Below, one piece after another: positions 12,377 to 23,599 of a stretch of 64,000 bases of DNA (the first letter of the stretch is position 1; each line of letters begins with the position of its first letter). The stretch spans positions 36,890,001 to 36,954,000 of the forward strand of contig OX597840.1 of the NCBI GenBank assembly GCA_951406725.2, given 5' to 3'. Under the pieces are notes generated by a model, which ran no database searches, was not told the origin of the DNA, and worked only from the letters and a program-made list of their open reading frames with translations. This stretch comes from Octopus vulgaris (lineage: Eukaryota). Position numbers and translations under genes: made by a program.

Positions 12377-12460
<84 letters not shown>

Positions 12461-12612
12461 TTGTCTATCTATCTATTTGTCTATCTATCTATCTATTTGT
12501 CTATCTATCTATTTATTTATCTATTTATCTATCTATTTGTCTGTCTGTCTGTCTGTCTGTCTACCTACCTGTCTGTCTGTATCTATCTATCTATATCTAT
12601 ATCTCTCTGCCT
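12167..12612. repeat. (CTAT)n/(CTGT)n tetranucleotide microsatellite
   Basis: Visible directly. Confidence 0.97.
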
Positions 12613-14656
12613 ATCTTTTAGGCACACACATGCATACATATATACATACATAGACATGCATATATATATACATACATATATTAATGAAACCACATACACA
12701 TACTTATGAGACCAAGCTTTCTTGTGGGATAATACCCTCTAACGAAGTTCACTAGTGAGCTACATAATTCTCAATAAAGAAGTAAGAAAATTTACAACAA
12801 CGACAATATGTCTGCCTGCCAAATATGCTACAGACACAAACATGTTTAACGTAAACCATACAATCCAAACAGATTCGTAAACAGCTAATTACAAGCCAGA
12901 CTGGAGATTTTTTTGTAGACACCTACTCAGGGCATTTAATCAAGAGTGCCTTTAGGGCAGAAGGAAAACATGCAACGTTAGCAGCAATCATCAGGATAGA
13001 TATAAATAGCATTGATATAACACGAACTTCTGACGATAGGGGGCGATATGTCATGGCAAGGGGTGATGGACGAGAGTGAGTCATGTATATATACAAACAT
13101 ATATATATATACATACACACATATATGTATGTATGCATGTATGTGTGTGTGTGTGTGTGTATGTATATATGTATGTATGTGTGTGTGTGTGTACCTGTGT
13201 ATATACACAATACACACATATATACCTATATATAAGTATTTATATTTATGTATATAAATGCGTGTATATATATATATGTGTATATATATGTGTATATATA
13301 TGTGTATATATATAAAATGGCGGTGCTCCAGCATGGCCACAGCTCGTGAGCTGAAACTAGATAAAAAATATATGTGTGTGTGTGTGTATATATATACATG
13401 TGTGTATATATATGTACACACACACATACAGATTGAGAGAGAGGGGGAGAGGTGGGGAAGAGAAAATGGAGGAATAATGGGTTGTATACAATTATTTACT
13501 TGTAAGTTTATAGCTGTTACAGACATGCTTTTGGGTTGGTTCAGGTTGCATTTCAATTGATTGATTTATCGACCGCGCATACAAGGAGGGAGCCGCCCCG
13601 CTAAGATATCTTCCTCAGAATCGAAACAAACCAACTGCCACCAGAAAAAAGAAGGAGGGAAAGGATTTTGTTCAATTTAGCATTATTAGTGAATGAAGTC
13701 ATCTAATTTGAATCCGCCGTCTGAAGCCATTGTTGGGGCTCGCACTCCAGGGGCCAATGGTATTGTTATCCATTAAAGACGTCTGATACCCTAACAATCT
13801 CGTTATGATCAGTGGCAAATGGCTGGCGATCAGTATTGTATCTCGAAAGAAAAAAAAAAGATTGTCTAGGGAAGTATGTATAAAAATACAAAACAGTTGG
13901 CAGCTAGCAGACTATTAATTATTGAAAACGAAAGTAACAAAATCTATTTACTATGAATTATGGTAGACATAATCAGTTTACAATAAAGGTTAAAAACTGG
14001 TAAACGAAGAGAATGATAAATTGTGACTGGTAAAGTAGCAATAAGACGAAGATCAAAATATATAATTCTAAAATATAAAACTAAGGAATGAATGGTGAAG
14101 AATCGATAGGAAGGCTGGGGTTTAATTCTTAAAGGAGTTCGTAGAGGAAATAGCACAGGAATCAAAAGAAGAATATGGAAACAAAATACAAACAAAAACA
14201 AGTGGAAATAAATGGAGAGATGTATGGAGCAAATAAAATGGATACGTTCTTGTCGTAATAAATAGGGAAAAGTGAAAAGGGAATGAAAGCTTTTATAATT
14301 CAAACGATTAAGAAATTTGACAACATGTAGTTTAAATGTTTTATTAAGTTTAAACTATTGAACCAGGAAGGGATACGGCAGTTGGCATATCCAGGGGTTT
14401 AAAGGGATCGTTTGTTCATGGAATGATTGAGAGGTTTTCTTTAAAAAATGCTTACGTCATACATCTAGCTCATGCTTTTTATTTATATGTAGGTATATGT
14501 TTGTATATATATATATATATACGTATATATATATGCATATTCGTACATACAAACATACATACACACATCCACACACATATATATATGTATATATTTATAA
14601 GTATATATATACATGGCTATATGTGTGTGTGTATGTATATATATGTGTGTATGTAA

Positions 14657-14975
14657 GAAAATCGGCAACGATACACACGCGGTTACACACTGAAATGACC
14701 GGAAGGGAATGGGTAAAGAAAAAGTTCTGTATTGGTGGCGACAAAAAAGGAAAAGAGAAAGAGAAAAGGGGGAGGGAAGTGGAAGTAGAACAGAAGATAG
14801 GTAGAAAGAGGACGGGATAAAGCGGAAGAGTCACGGACAAATTGTAATGATTTCCAATCAAGGTGTAGAGTGGCGTAGTCCGAATGAATAGGAACAGTAA
14901 TCCGGAGGTACAAGAATTCCAGGAATTAGGTACTGCGAAGTCAGTCAGAAGGCCGAGGTCCGTGTGAGCGTGCGG
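14657..14975 (-). mobile_element. Penelope-like family D2, upstream segment
   Basis: aaaatcggcaacgatacacacgcggttac matches aaaatcgccaatggtacacacgcggttat at the end of the D2 copy 55961-56176 and extends it. Confidence 0.55.
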
Positions 14976-14981
14976 TATATA

Positions 14982-15212
14982 GGCGGCGAGCTGGCAGAAA
15001 GGTTAGCACGCCGGGCGAAATGCTTAGCGGTATTTCGTCTGCGTTACGTTGTGAGTTCAAATTCCGCCGAGGTCGACTTTGCCTTTCATCCTTTCGGGGT
15101 CGATAAATTAAGTACCAGTTAAGCACTGGGGTCGATGTAATCGACTTAATACCTATGTCTGTTCTTGTTTGTCCCCTCTGTGTTTAGCCCCTTTGTGGGT
15201 AAAAAAGAAATA
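14982..15212 (+). mobile_element. SINE family A, young full-length copy with TSD ggtatata
   Basis: Head ggcggcgagctggcagaa (A-box), gagttcaaattcc (B-box), central gcctttcatcctttcggggtcgataaattaagtaccag, tail gccccttt gtgggtaaaaaagaaata; ggtatata at 14974-14981 and 15213-15220. Confidence 0.92.
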
Positions 15213-15220
15213 GGTATATA

Positions 15221-15344
15221 GTCAATCCAAACAAGAACAATCAAGAGAAAATAGCAAGGCGAGGACGTGGTACAAGTATTGTGTTATTGGAGGCTCAGGA
15301 AAGGAAAGAGAAGAAAGGATTTCACGTTCGAGCGGAGCTCTTCG
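15221..15344 (-). mobile_element. Penelope-like family D2, 3' segment with truncated hammerhead
   Basis: Colinear with 55961-56086; minus strand retains CGA-A-GAGC(TCC)GCTC-GAACGTG but the CTGA part of the core is lost. Confidence 0.7.
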
Positions 15345-15799
15345 CACACACACACCATAAAAACAGAGGAATGGGTTATCTGGTACTGCTACTATTGTAT
15401 CAGTCTGATTCTTTATTGTCACGTGAGCTCAGCAGAGTCAGGAATTCCTCCATTCATGTAGTATGCACAACATGGTTAACACCATGTAATGTTATGCAAC
15501 TCACGACTCACCACTCATTAGTCATATCAGCTGTTACATGTTAATTAATGAAGAGATCATCAACGGATGACTTCGTCGACGATGCATTATGTGTTACGAT
15601 ACCGGATTGCTTAACTATTTGCATGATTCTGTCTTAATCAATATTCGTACAACATTTTTCTCAGATATGCAAATGTAGCGGTGGCACAGTGTGTATATTT
15701 TGTGCCGCCCACTTTGGGGGGGGGGGGGGGCAAATGAACCACAAGGAAACGCGTCTGCTGCGGTAAACAAATATATCGGTAAGAACAACCGTAATTACT

Positions 15800-16290
15800 A
15801 CGACTGCCACCAACCATCAACTGCAGCAGCAGCAGCACCATCATCACCACCACCACCACTACCACCGTCACCACCGCCACCATCATCACCAACCACTACC
15901 ACCGTCAGCAACCATCTATGCCACCACCACCACCACCGTCACCACCACCTCCGTCACCACCACCACCACTACTACCACCACCACCACCACCACCACAATC
16001 AGCATCACCTCCATCACCATCACCACCACCTCCATCACCACCACCACCACTACTACCACCACCACCACAACTAACCACCACCACCAACACCAACACCACC
16101 ACCACCAACACTGATCGCTTCCTCGTTTCCCTCTTTCTCTTCATCATTAACATCATCTGCAACATCAACACAAGCAGCATTTGCATAAAGTCTGTTGTTA
16201 TCATCATCATCATCATCATCATTACCACTATCATTATCCTCACCACCACCACCACCACCACCCACCACCACCACCGCCACCACTAACTAC
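15800..16290. repeat. (CAC)n/(CAT)n/(CAG)n trinucleotide low-complexity tract
   Basis: Visible directly; gives His-, Pro-, Thr- and Gly-rich ORFs in several frames on both strands. Confidence 0.95.
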
Positions 16291-17509
16291 AACAACAGCA
16301 AATTCTGATGTTTCCTCATCAAAACACCATCGTTTTTCCCCTAATTAATCAAACATCGACTTTCATCGTAATTGTATTTCAACTGGAGGTTGTAATTAGT
16401 GGAGCCAACAACAACATCAATAATCACAAGGACAACAACAACAATATTTCAAGAGAAAAGAAGAAAAAAAAACAAAAACAAATGATAAACAGCAACAAAA
16501 GTTCTCAGAAATATTATTATTTTTTTAAAAATTTTTAAATTGCATTTGTGATGGAGAAAATATTCTTAGCAACGTATAACCAGCAGCGGCATCGCACCGC
16601 CGCCACAATAAGCCCCTTGTGCCTCCACTTCAACTCATCCTCGCAACCAATACAATTACAGCTAACCAACATTATAACAATATATGTACTCTATTACGAT
16701 CATCATTAAACGTCACCACCATTACTATAATAGCAACAACAACAACAACAACAACTACGATAATTTCTTTTTTTTTATTTTATTTAATTTTGTAATGATT
16801 TCAGAGAAATGCGGAAATGGCGGAAGCGTTGGAACGAAGAACAAACGCTTGGCGTATTTGTGTTCTGCGTTCTGAATGGTTCGCGTTCTAAGTTCACATC
16901 CTGTTGTAATCGATTTTACCTTTCGCCCTTCAGGAATCAATGAAATAAAGTACCAGTTACATACTACGTACTCTCTCCCCTCCTCTCTCTCTCTCTCTCA
17001 GCATAGTCTGATCCTTGTCTCATTGTTATCCTTCGTGAAGCCCGAGTAAAGGGAAGAAAGTTGAGCTAAAAGAGACAGGGGCCTCGTCTCATAAAACCTA
17101 CGAAAACCGTCCAAAGAAACCCGGAGAAAAGTCATGGTAGCTGCGAGGCAGACCTAACAGACGCAGAAAGAGGAGTGAGTGGCATGTCACGGGCTAGATT
17201 AGGGGCTGAAGATTACAATAACCGACTTTTAGGTCGAACCAAAGAATCTGTTTCCTTTACTAATGCTTTTTGTTGCTCGTGGGTTTTGAACACAGAACAC
17301 GAAGAGCAGAGACACATTGTGTAAGCCTCTAAGTTTTCGCCAATACACTGTCCTCAACTGGTACTTTATTTATCGGCCTCGAAATGCTGAAAGGTGTCGG
17401 TGAAATTGATGCAATTTGTGTGTAGTGAGTCTGAGCAAATACCACAAGACAATCTGTCAGACTCTCTAATAACTCTCAGTTCTGTGCCTTTATTAGAACT
17501 AATTTTAAT

Positions 17510-18092
17510 GAGGCGATCCAGTGGAATCGTCAACACGTCGCAGAAAATGCTTAACGGTATTTCTTTCGTCTTTACGTTCTGAGTTCAAATTCCGCCGAAG
17601 TCGACTTTGCCTTTCATCCTTTCGGGGTCGATTAAATAAGTACCAGTTACGCACTAGAGTCGATATAATCGACTTAATCCGTTTGTCTGTCCTTGTTTGT
17701 CCTCTCTATGTTAAGCCCCTTGTGGGTAGTAAAGAAATAGGTATTTCGTCTGCCGTTATGTTCTGAGTTCAAATTCCGCCGAGGTCGACTTTGCCTTTCA
17801 TCCTTTCGGGGTCGATAAATTAAGTACCAGTTACACACTGGGGTCGATATAATCGACTTAATCCGTTTGTCTGTTCTTGTTTGACCTCTCTGTGTTTAGC
17901 CCCTTCTGGGTAGTAAAGAAATAGGTATTTCTTCCGTCTTTACGCCCAGTGTTCAAATTCCAGCCCGGTCGACTTTGCTTTTCATTATTTCGAGGAATAT
18001 GAAATGAGTTCAAGTCAAGCACTGGGGTCGATGTAATCGATTAGACACCCACCTCAAAATTTCAAGCCTAGTATCTATATTATATAGGATTA
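17510..18092 (+). mobile_element. Old SINE A copy containing two tandem 184-bp young-type units
   Basis: gtatttc recurs at 17557, 17741 and 17925 (period 184); both units end in the young tail; old-type body and tail resume after 17924. Confidence 0.88.
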
Positions 18093-18100
18093 TCAGAAAT

Positions 18101-18235
18101 AATCTTATGTTAATCAGTATAAATCATACTAATCTTATTTTAATCTCTATAAATTTCTATAATCTTACTTTAATCTCTGTAAATTACAATAATCTTAAAA
18201 TAAACTCTACCATCACAATAATTGCATTTTAATCC
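18101..18235. repeat. 30-bp AT-rich minisatellite, about 4.5 copies
   Basis: aatctta starts at 18101, 18131, 18161 and 18191. Confidence 0.85.
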
Positions 18236-19101
18236 CTAGAGACACAGTGACCCCTCCCTCCGCCAACACTACTACAATGGTGTCACCGGGTTTTGGCGCA
18301 TGGAATGTCTATGTGCCTTTAACGGCACCATGGGAAAGTGTCTCCAACGAGAGCTAGAGAGTTGTTAGAACATTGTTAGTAAAAGGTAGCAGACAAAATC
18401 AATGTGGAAGGCCATTTAAAGAGTTTGGTGTTTCGTCTTATATCGACCCCCATTCAAATTACACTATTTCATTCAAAACCCAATTGAGACATACGCAAGC
18501 CGGTCTACGGTTCTTGTTTCTTTTTGTTTTAATGACAGACGTAAACCTGATGCGATCGATATAAGTCATAACTCACAGCTATTTAGTTCAGAAGACTCCA
18601 TCTGTTGCAAGTTTCCAGCCAGGATTTCGATATAAGAATAACATACTCCATCCATCACACATAAAATACTATGGAAGCCTTCCTCTAAACTACCACCACC
18701 ATCACCCCCCCCACCACCGACCAATAATGAACCCTGTGCGTAGTCACTTGATCTGCTTGAAATAACAGCCTAAAACTTGTAAATCTCATCTTAATCTCTT
18801 AGAAAAGAAATACGCAAAAGATAACTCGGTCATGGGTGATACTTGCTTAGATATAGATGGGATAGTCAAGGCTGGAACGCTTCACAATGTAGCTACGTGG
18901 GATTAAATAAGAACGAGAATAACCCCAATGTCCACTGGCATCCCGTGAAAAGCGCATCTGCCCAAAACTTATCCAACTCAATTTAGAAGAGAAGAAGCCT
19001 ACTGCATAATGTATTACGAGATACAACCGTAGACATTTGTTTTATTGATTAGTTAGAACAAAGGGAGGAGGAAACTTCCAATGTTCTTTAATATTTTGCA
19101 G

Positions 19102-19236
19102 GGTCTCTCGAACCGGAGACCTGGCTTGGAGTGCTTGCAACAGAATGAACACCCCTGGAAGGTCCTTAAGGACCATGTGCTGAGAGTTTGGGGCCAACAC
19201 ACAATAGTTAGGAACACACTGAGTCCCAACAAACAC
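19102..19236 (+). other. Candidate 135-nt phase-0 exon (GLSNRRPGLECLQQNEHPWKVLKDHVLRVWGQHTIVRNTLSPNKH)
   Basis: Acceptor ttctttaatattttgcAG (19100-19101), donor cac/GTAAGC (19237); only frame 0 is open; GC higher than flanks; protein not recognised. Confidence 0.35.
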
Positions 19237-20163
19237 GTAAGCATCTCTTAGTTCATCCTCTAACAGATCCCAACCCATCTTGGAGCGTTACTTTCTTGTA
19301 TGAATCTAGAAAAATTAAAAGCAAATATTCACCTCGGCGGGGTTGAAGGCAAGGGTGTCAAGAATACAAAAGGGTATTTGGTGTTACACTCTAAAAACTG
19401 AATTAGTTCATTGAAAATATGACATGACTGTCACGCCTGGAACATCAATGATAAATCACCTCATTCAGAGCTGAGATTAGGCTAATCCATAACAAAAAAA
19501 ACACTTTGAGGGAAGGGTTGAGGAGGGTTTATTATGTGAACGTGCGAAGCAGTAGATTATCTCAGCCGGGTTACCTCAAATTACAGCATCGCCTTTTTAA
19601 AAGGATCGAAACGAGGTAATGTAGTCGTATATATGCAATAAAGGCGATCTGGTCATGGATAGAATAGCTGTGAGCATAAATCCCCACAGTCAGAGATGAC
19701 CCAGGATTAAATAACAACAATAACGAACCTCTAGCCGTCGATTGACCTACTAGAAATAACAGCAATACTTTCGAGAGAGACACTTGAGAAACCACAAGCG
19801 GAGATCTTGCAATTTTTTCTTGTCTTTTCTTTTACCATTTTTCAGATGAACCACAAGAAAACCAACTCTTTGCATGCTTATCTCAGCGCATCATAGCAAG
19901 AGAGGTTCCTAGTTTTATAATCTTTGCTAAATGTAGAGATTACTCACTCTGTTAGTGTTCTATGGCGTTATTGTTGGTTTAGCAAGAAAGGAAGGAGACT
20001 GATTTCTTCAGTTCTTATAAGATTGAACAAGTATTGCCAGCTGAAAATGTAATCATTTGAAAGACGATCGACAGAGAGATATCAAATTGTTATAGAAAGT
20101 ATTTTGGGGGTAATCGTTCCGAGTTCAAATCTTATCGTTGTAAGCTTAATATGTCGATCTCTA

Positions 20164-20187
20164 TTTCTTTACTACCCACAAGGGGCA
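20164..20187 (-). mobile_element. 24-bp tail-only SINE A insertion with 16-bp TSD
   Basis: tttctttactacccacaaggggca flanked by aatatgtcga(t/c)ctcta at 20148-20163 and 20188-20203. Confidence 0.8.
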
Positions 20188-20659
20188 AATATGTCGACCT
20201 CTAAGTCTCAGTCAAGTAAAGAGGCAGATTTCCGGTTATTCTATTTCTTTCTAATCTCTCATTATCGGTTACCATACATTCTGAGGCAGACCTGGGGACA
20301 GCTAACATTGTCTCTCACCTCCAAGAAATAAAAGGAAGATGGACGAAAGGCCAGCGGTAATCACTTCTCGTTTAGCGAAGCTTCAAAGAAACACTCACGA
20401 GGAATCGAAAACGGCGCATGTAAATGGAGATGACTTCTGAACGGGTCCCAGTGAATAATTGTTCATCGCATTTTATAGTTCGGAACAATTTAATTGTTTT
20501 GTCTTGGTGTCAAGCAAAACAGAAAAAGAAATCTGCTTTTAAAACTATGGCAACAAGATTAATCTACAGAGGTTCGTAAAAAAACTGTCACCGGGGAAAA
20601 GAGATTCATTGGTTCTTTATTTAGAAAACAGGTGGCGCTGTTCGTCTATTTAAATAATG

Positions 20660-21107
20660 GTTTCAAATATTTTAACAAGATAAGCAATTTCGGAGAAGAG
20701 TTAAGTCGACCCCAGTGTTCAGTTGGTACTTATTTTATCAAGGCGGCGAGCTGGCAGAGACGTTAGCACGCCGGACGAAATGCTTTGTGATATTTCGTCA
20801 GCCGCTGCTTTCTGAGTTCAAATTCCGCCGAGGTCGGCTTTGCATTTCATCCTTTCGGGGTCGATTAAATAAGCACCAGTTACGCACTGGGGTCGATGTA
20901 ATCGAATTAATCCGTTTGTCTATCCTTGCTTGTCCCCTCTGTGTTTAGCCCCCTGTGGGTAGTAAAGAAATAGGTACTAATTTTATCGACTCCGAAAGGA
21001 ATGACAGGCAAAGTGGACCTCGGCGGAATTTGAACTCAGAACGTAAAGGCGGACGAAATGCTAAGCATTTCGTCCGGCGAGCTAACAATTCTGCCAGCTA
21101 GCTGCCT
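20660..21107 (-). mobile_element. Older SINE A copy interrupted by a young copy
   Basis: Reverse-orientation family A body is continuous once 20740-20987 is removed. Confidence 0.8.
20740..20972 (+). mobile_element. SINE family A, young full-length copy nested antisense in an older copy
   Basis: 15-bp TSD ggtact(t/a)attttatc at 20725-20739 and 20973-20987. Confidence 0.9.
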
Positions 21108-21284
21108 CGTTTGTTTAAAATAATAATACAAAGGTGGTTTGTTTACCATCATTGGCATCAACACCAAGACTAAACACAAGAATGTAATTAACATGTAACC
21201 AATTAGTAAGTAATTAGGAGCAAAATATCGAATGGCTTTGGATGAAATAGTTGGTTTAAGCAACAAACATCATAAGTTGGCCCA

Positions 21285-21565
21285 GTAGATATGGTGACCT
21301 GGGATCGTAATCAAGGGATATCGCGTTCGATTTCTGTACTTAGTATCTCGGGCATGTTTTTCTTATATCGCAGCCTCCAATCAAGGCAAGCCTTATGAAT
21401 AAGGATACCCCACGACGTGTGAAATGTACCTGCATTTTAAAAATTCATCTTTGTCATATGTGTTGTGCCTAAGATTATACCAAGGGTACTCTCGTTTCTA
21501 TAGAATATGCAACCAGTTATAAATTAATACAAGGAATTCGTTGATCAAACAACTGAACACTCAAC
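21285..21565 (+). mobile_element. Diverged SINE family E copy
   Basis: Decayed B-box gttcgatttc and body blocks (tgtacctgcatttt, aagggtac, gttgatcaaacaactg) colinear with the reverse complement of 32060-32370. Confidence 0.5.
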
Positions 21566-22359
21566 ACAGACTTTGGCAGATTCTTTAAAGATATCCTTGT
21601 TCATTGGTTTCTCGCCTTGTTACAACGAACTTTCTTTGAAGAATTATTAATATTATGAAATGGATAATTTAGTTTTACAACGGGGTCGAAATGTGAGAGT
21701 AATTGAAAGTGTAAGAATAATCTGACCATATATTTAGAGGGTAAAAAATATTTGAATATTTGAGATGTGTTTTAAGCAGTCGAAGTAGCTACAGAAGAGT
21801 TTTAAGATTTGATTCGGGCAAAATAGGTTCGGAATAACAATGGATTGTCATAACGGATATCTTCGAGAATAATCTTGGGATAAGCAACAGCAACAACAAC
21901 AACAACAAAGACAGGAAAATTATGCTTTGAAAATGAAAAAAAAAAAAAAAAGACGAGATGGCTACAGTTGGCGCGTCTTTCGACAGAGATGAATCGATCA
22001 GGAACCGAACAGGGCTTAAACGGTAGCAAGGCCAGCAATAACAACTAAAACAACAAACATTGCAGCAAAACCTCATAACCAACACAACAATTATTACTGC
22101 ACTGGCCCTGCCACCACCGCCTCCACCACCACGACCACCACAACATCAACAACAGCAGCAGCAGAGACAACAAAAGGAAAGTTTAATCACTTTAGACAAT
22201 TAAATAAATTTTAATTTCATTCTCCATAATTAATAACTCCTTCCTCTCCCTAGATTTTCTTCCTTCTTTTACTTGGAATCTCTGCCTTGTGTGTGTGTAT
22301 GTGTGTGTGTTTGTGTGTGTGTGCGCGGTGGAGTGTATGTATGCGTATATTGTGTGTAT

Positions 22360-22394
<35 letters not shown>

Positions 22395-23129
22395 TGGAGT
22401 GCGATTGTGCGTTTGAGGTATTGGCGGTGCTGGTGATGAGTTTGTTTGTGAGTGATTGGGAGAAAGAGAGAGAGAAAGAAAGAAAGAGAGAGAGAAAGAA
22501 AGAAAGAGAGAGAAAGAAAGAAAGAGAAAGAAAGAAAGAGAGAGAGAAAGAGAAGTGGAGACGGGGAAGAAGAGACAGTAGGACAAAGAGAGAAAGAGAC
22601 AGAGAGAGTGGGAGAGTCGAACGAATACTTGATTGTTATTTTATTTCATCGATCCCAGAAGGATGAAAGGTAAAGTTGACATCGGGGCTATTTGAACTCA
22701 GAACGTAAAGAGACGCAATAAAATGCCGATTCTGTCAGTTTAGTCCTCATAATGATTTCTAGATTTGACGCAAGGGGGCGGAGAGTGGCTGCCGCTGGGA
22801 TTTGAAATCACAACCATAAAACAAAAATTAATTAAGCACCGGGAAACTCTTTCTTCCGTCCCCACTACAAAGCCACCGCTTTTCTCTATACAAAGAAGGA
22901 TTTCTTACACAGGTGGAACAAGGCCAGAAAATGATATCAGTGGCTGATCAATTATATCGATCACTAGATGACACGCACTTTGTATCAGACCCAGAATGCT
23001 GCTAACTATATTTGATCTCGAGAGTATTTCAACTTGGAATGTAAAAGTGCAGTGTGACGTCATTGCGATTATGATAATTAGCCTCTGTCTTTATCAATAT
23101 CAATTCATTTTTAATAAACGACAACGAGG

Positions 23130-23530
23130 CATGCCAGGCTGTGTGGTTAAGAAGCACGTTTGGCAATCACATGGCTTCGGGTTCAGTCCCACCGCATAGT
23201 ATAATGGGCAGGTGTCTTTTACTATAGTCCCCGGATGGTCAATGGCTTATGAGTGAATTTGATCGACGGAAACTGTGTGGAAGCCCAACGTATATATGCA
23301 TGTATTTGTTTGTGTATCTTTGCGCTTATGTTTGTCCATCCAGACCACGTGACAACCCGTGTTGGGTTTTTTACATCCCTGTAAGTAAACGGCAACGCAA
23401 AACAGTGCATATAGAATAAGTACTACATCTGAATCATAAGTACTGGGGTCGATTTGTATGACTAAAACCTCTCAAAGAGGGGGCCCAGCATGGAAGCATT
23501 CCAATGACAGAAACAATTAATAGATTAAAA
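23130..23530 (+). mobile_element. Diverged SINE family B copy
   Basis: ggctgtgtggttaagaag, gggttcagtcccac, gggcaggtgtcttttactatag and ctggggtcgatttg in family order. Confidence 0.8.
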
Positions 23531-23599
23531 GAAGGCCAGATATATGCAGAGAGGGAATAATTCTTAACTTCGACACCATTATTTCGTCGGTACGATATA

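Noticed and set aside
12177-12709. SIYL-repeat ORFs
   Set aside because: Translation of (CTAT)n
12970-12997. Minus-strand CTGATGA..AACGTT
   Set aside because: GAAA and stem II missing; too degraded to call
14982-15068. tRNA-like A and B boxes in SINE heads
   Set aside because: No complete cloverleaf; always attached to SINE body and tail, so not tRNA genes
15638-16286. Poly-His, poly-Pro and poly-Gly ORFs resembling extensin or His-rich proteins
   Set aside because: Trinucleotide microsatellite open in several frames, with no splice or domain support
17521-17766. Recurrent short ORFs containing SEFKFRRGRLCLSSFRGRLNKYQLRTG
   Set aside because: Translation of SINE family A, not a protein family
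17557-17944. Regularly spaced repeats considered as a CRISPR-like array
   Set aside because: Units are whole 184-bp SINE segments with no unique spacers; eukaryotic context and no cas genes
19042-19278. Minus-strand 78-aa ORF MGWDLLEDELRDAY
   Set aside because: No recognisable domain; plus-strand splice signals explain the segment at least as well
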